DNA of 64,000 bases from the NCBI RefSeq assembly GCF_000143415.4, contig NW_003314272.1, positions 2,840,819-2,904,818 on the forward strand, given 5' to 3'. The stretch comes from Selaginella moellendorffii. Taxonomy: Eukaryota > Plantae > Lycopodiophyta. Shown piece after piece: positions 61,956-64,000 of the stretch (within the stretch, counting starts at the first letter, position 1; every line of letters begins with the position of its first letter). Below the pieces are notes generated by a model. That model was not told the DNA's origin, ran no database searches, and was given only the letters and a program-made list of their open reading frames with translations. The translations under genes were made by a program, and so were the position numbers.

Positions 61956-64000
61956 TTACGGGGGATAAGTTGCTTATGTTGCGATATAGTAAGTCAATGT
62001 CATAAAAGGAAATACTCATTGTCAAGGAAGCCGTCATTGGGACACCCGAACACTCTAGAACACCATGAGGTGGTGTTTAATGTCGCGAGGGCAGTAGATA
62101 AAGCCCAAAGGACTAAGGCCCTAGCGAATGATGGATAGTAGGTGCTATCCAAATGTCCAAGGTGGCGGAGACAGGAGAAGACTGTCTACTCGATTTGGAC
62201 AAAGCCAAAAATGGAATTTTGGCAAGGCTAGCGATGGGCATGCAAAGGCCCGTAAGCAACAACGTAATCCCGGTGTGTGGGATTATAGGGTGAGCATACC
62301 TGAATTGAGGAACCACTCCCTAGGCTATCAAGTAGGTTCATCCCTAAGAATACTTGCTAAGGCATGATAGAAAGTGCAAAGCTATCCTCCTGGTCTGGAG
62401 GAGAATGATCGAAGGAAAGGTGTGAAGCCAAAAGCAAAAAGTAAAGGGATAAAACCGAACCATAGGAATCGAAGGGCATAACCAAGGTTGGTTATGCCAG
62501 CTGGGAGTGGAGAATCAAGTGGGGGCTCGAGGGAGTTGCCGCTAGCAACCATGATGCCATGGAGAGTCTAAAATATAGAATTGTCCATGTTAGACCATAT
62601 GGTAATTGGAAAGCTTGCAAAAAGGGAGGCCTTAGTAAGCTAAGGGACAGAGTTCCTTCAAAGTTCCCAAAGAGGATTCTAGGTAGCTTAGTACCTAGAA
62701 AGGCCAAGTGTAAATGGTTCAAGGGACGCACGAAATCAGAGTGGCATAGCAAAAGCGTGGTCTTGAAGCTTGCCATAAGGCAAGGCTATCAAGGTTAGAG
62801 AAGTAGTTCCCTGAGTGTTCAAAGAGAGGGCTTTGAACGAAAGTTGATGATCAAGGGCTTTCACACTTGTGTAGGAACCATGTTACAGTGGTCAGAGGAC
62901 TTGCCAAAGCGAGATTGGCAAGTCAGGGGAACAAATACCCTAGTTGAAGGTGATAACTTCAAAAAGGGTGGGCCATGGGGCCAAGCATGGAGGAGTCCAT
63001 GCATGATCACAGGCTTGTCAAGTGAGAGGACTTGGCAGTGGGGAGGAACTAGGTTCCTAAGCTGTGATCTATAGCGCGCTTTGAGTATAAGTTGGTGCAC
63101 TAGCGTGGGGAGTCACGCCAGGCATCCTGGGTGATGCCGTCCGTAGATGCATATACAGAGGTTAGGTTCGAGTCCCGACTCTCTAGTGCTTGGGTTCGAG
63201 TCCCAAATCACTAGGGCATGGTGATGGTTTGGAATATGAGGACACTCATATTTCGGTGGTCATGGACTCTCAATGAGGAGATTGGCTTGGGCACACCGCC
63301 AAACAGGGGATGCCCCGGAGTCGTGATGCACAGTTAGATTGCTTAGTGTGGCTCAGCATATCTAACTTGAACACTTTGGTGCCAGTGGCACCAAGGACGT
63401 GGTGAATGAGATGGGGACACCCAGTCTCAGTTGCTATGGACCCTTGGCCAGAAGGGCTGGCTTGGGCGCACTGCCAAGTGTGGGGGATGCCCCTGGGGTC
63501 ATAGTTAACAAGTTAAAGGTCTGGAAGACTTAGTACCTATTGGCAAACTTGTTAAGGTGCCGAGGTGAGATCACTAGGTGATCTTGTGGCTAAATAAGGA
63601 CAAGGTCCTTGTTTGGGTTAAGGAATAATGTTCCTAGTTCAAAGTGTTGATTTGAATTATTGATGATGGTGTGGCTTGGTCAAGGTGACCAAGTGGGAAA
63701 AGCACCTTAGGGAAATGAGCTATGTCATTGCGATGGCATAGTGTGTCTAAGGAAAGTAGTCTCTAAAGAGACCCATGGAAGGGTCACAAAGTTGGGCCGT
63801 GGATAGAGCCCACAGCAGAAGATGCTAAAGAGACTTACTAGGGGTGAACACCCTAATCTTGGCAAAGCAGAGCTTTTGCTATGGAATCAAAAGAATACCT
63901 CAAGGAGGGAGGTAGAGATTCGATGTTGCTTAGTGTAACAATCACCAGATAGGAGCAAAAGATGAGTGGCCAAGATAGGGCCGTGGATCCCTGGAAGAAT

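Larger units (their letters stand above)
45732..64000 (+). mobile_element. Family A element A3 (5' LTR 45732-47288, PBS 47292-47303; internal 47289-48633 and 61956-64000), split by the DNA transposon and running off the window
   Basis: LTR and PBS are clear; internal sequence is colinear with A2 on both sides of the insertion. Confidence 0.92.

Overview
Eukaryotic heterochromatin made almost entirely of nested transposons; I found no host gene. A non-seed land plant is likely (inference from tRNA-Met PBSs, a group-I chromodomain chromovirus, Cassandra TRIMs, TTTAGGG repeats and ~40-55 nt introns). An ancient minus-strand Ty3/gypsy pol is split into five pieces between 2.4 and 30.7 kb by later insertions. 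These include a non-autonomous LTR family (A), a solo LTR of chromovirus family B, a non-chromovirus gypsy with an extra 3' ORF (D) and a Cassandra TRIM. The window also holds a full-length B element (32037-39514), a third LTR family (C) and a small TRIM. The standout is a 13.3-kb DNA transposon (48634-61955) with 20-bp perfect TIRs, a TTAC TSD and a Sola-type transposase. It carries a divergently transcribed multi-exon gene with a ParB/Srx-like domain and a degenerate N6/N4 methyltransferase-like fold, plus an FCP1/NIF HAD-phosphatase-like gene. More than 20 copies of a 22-bp palindrome (ATGGCRTG-N6-CAYGCCAT) are scattered through it, many one per tiny intron, suggesting a self-recognition system (parS-like or VANC-like). 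A second highlight is two frame-restoring GT-AG introns inside the chromovirus integrase. All domain calls are by-eye motif recognition, not database searches.
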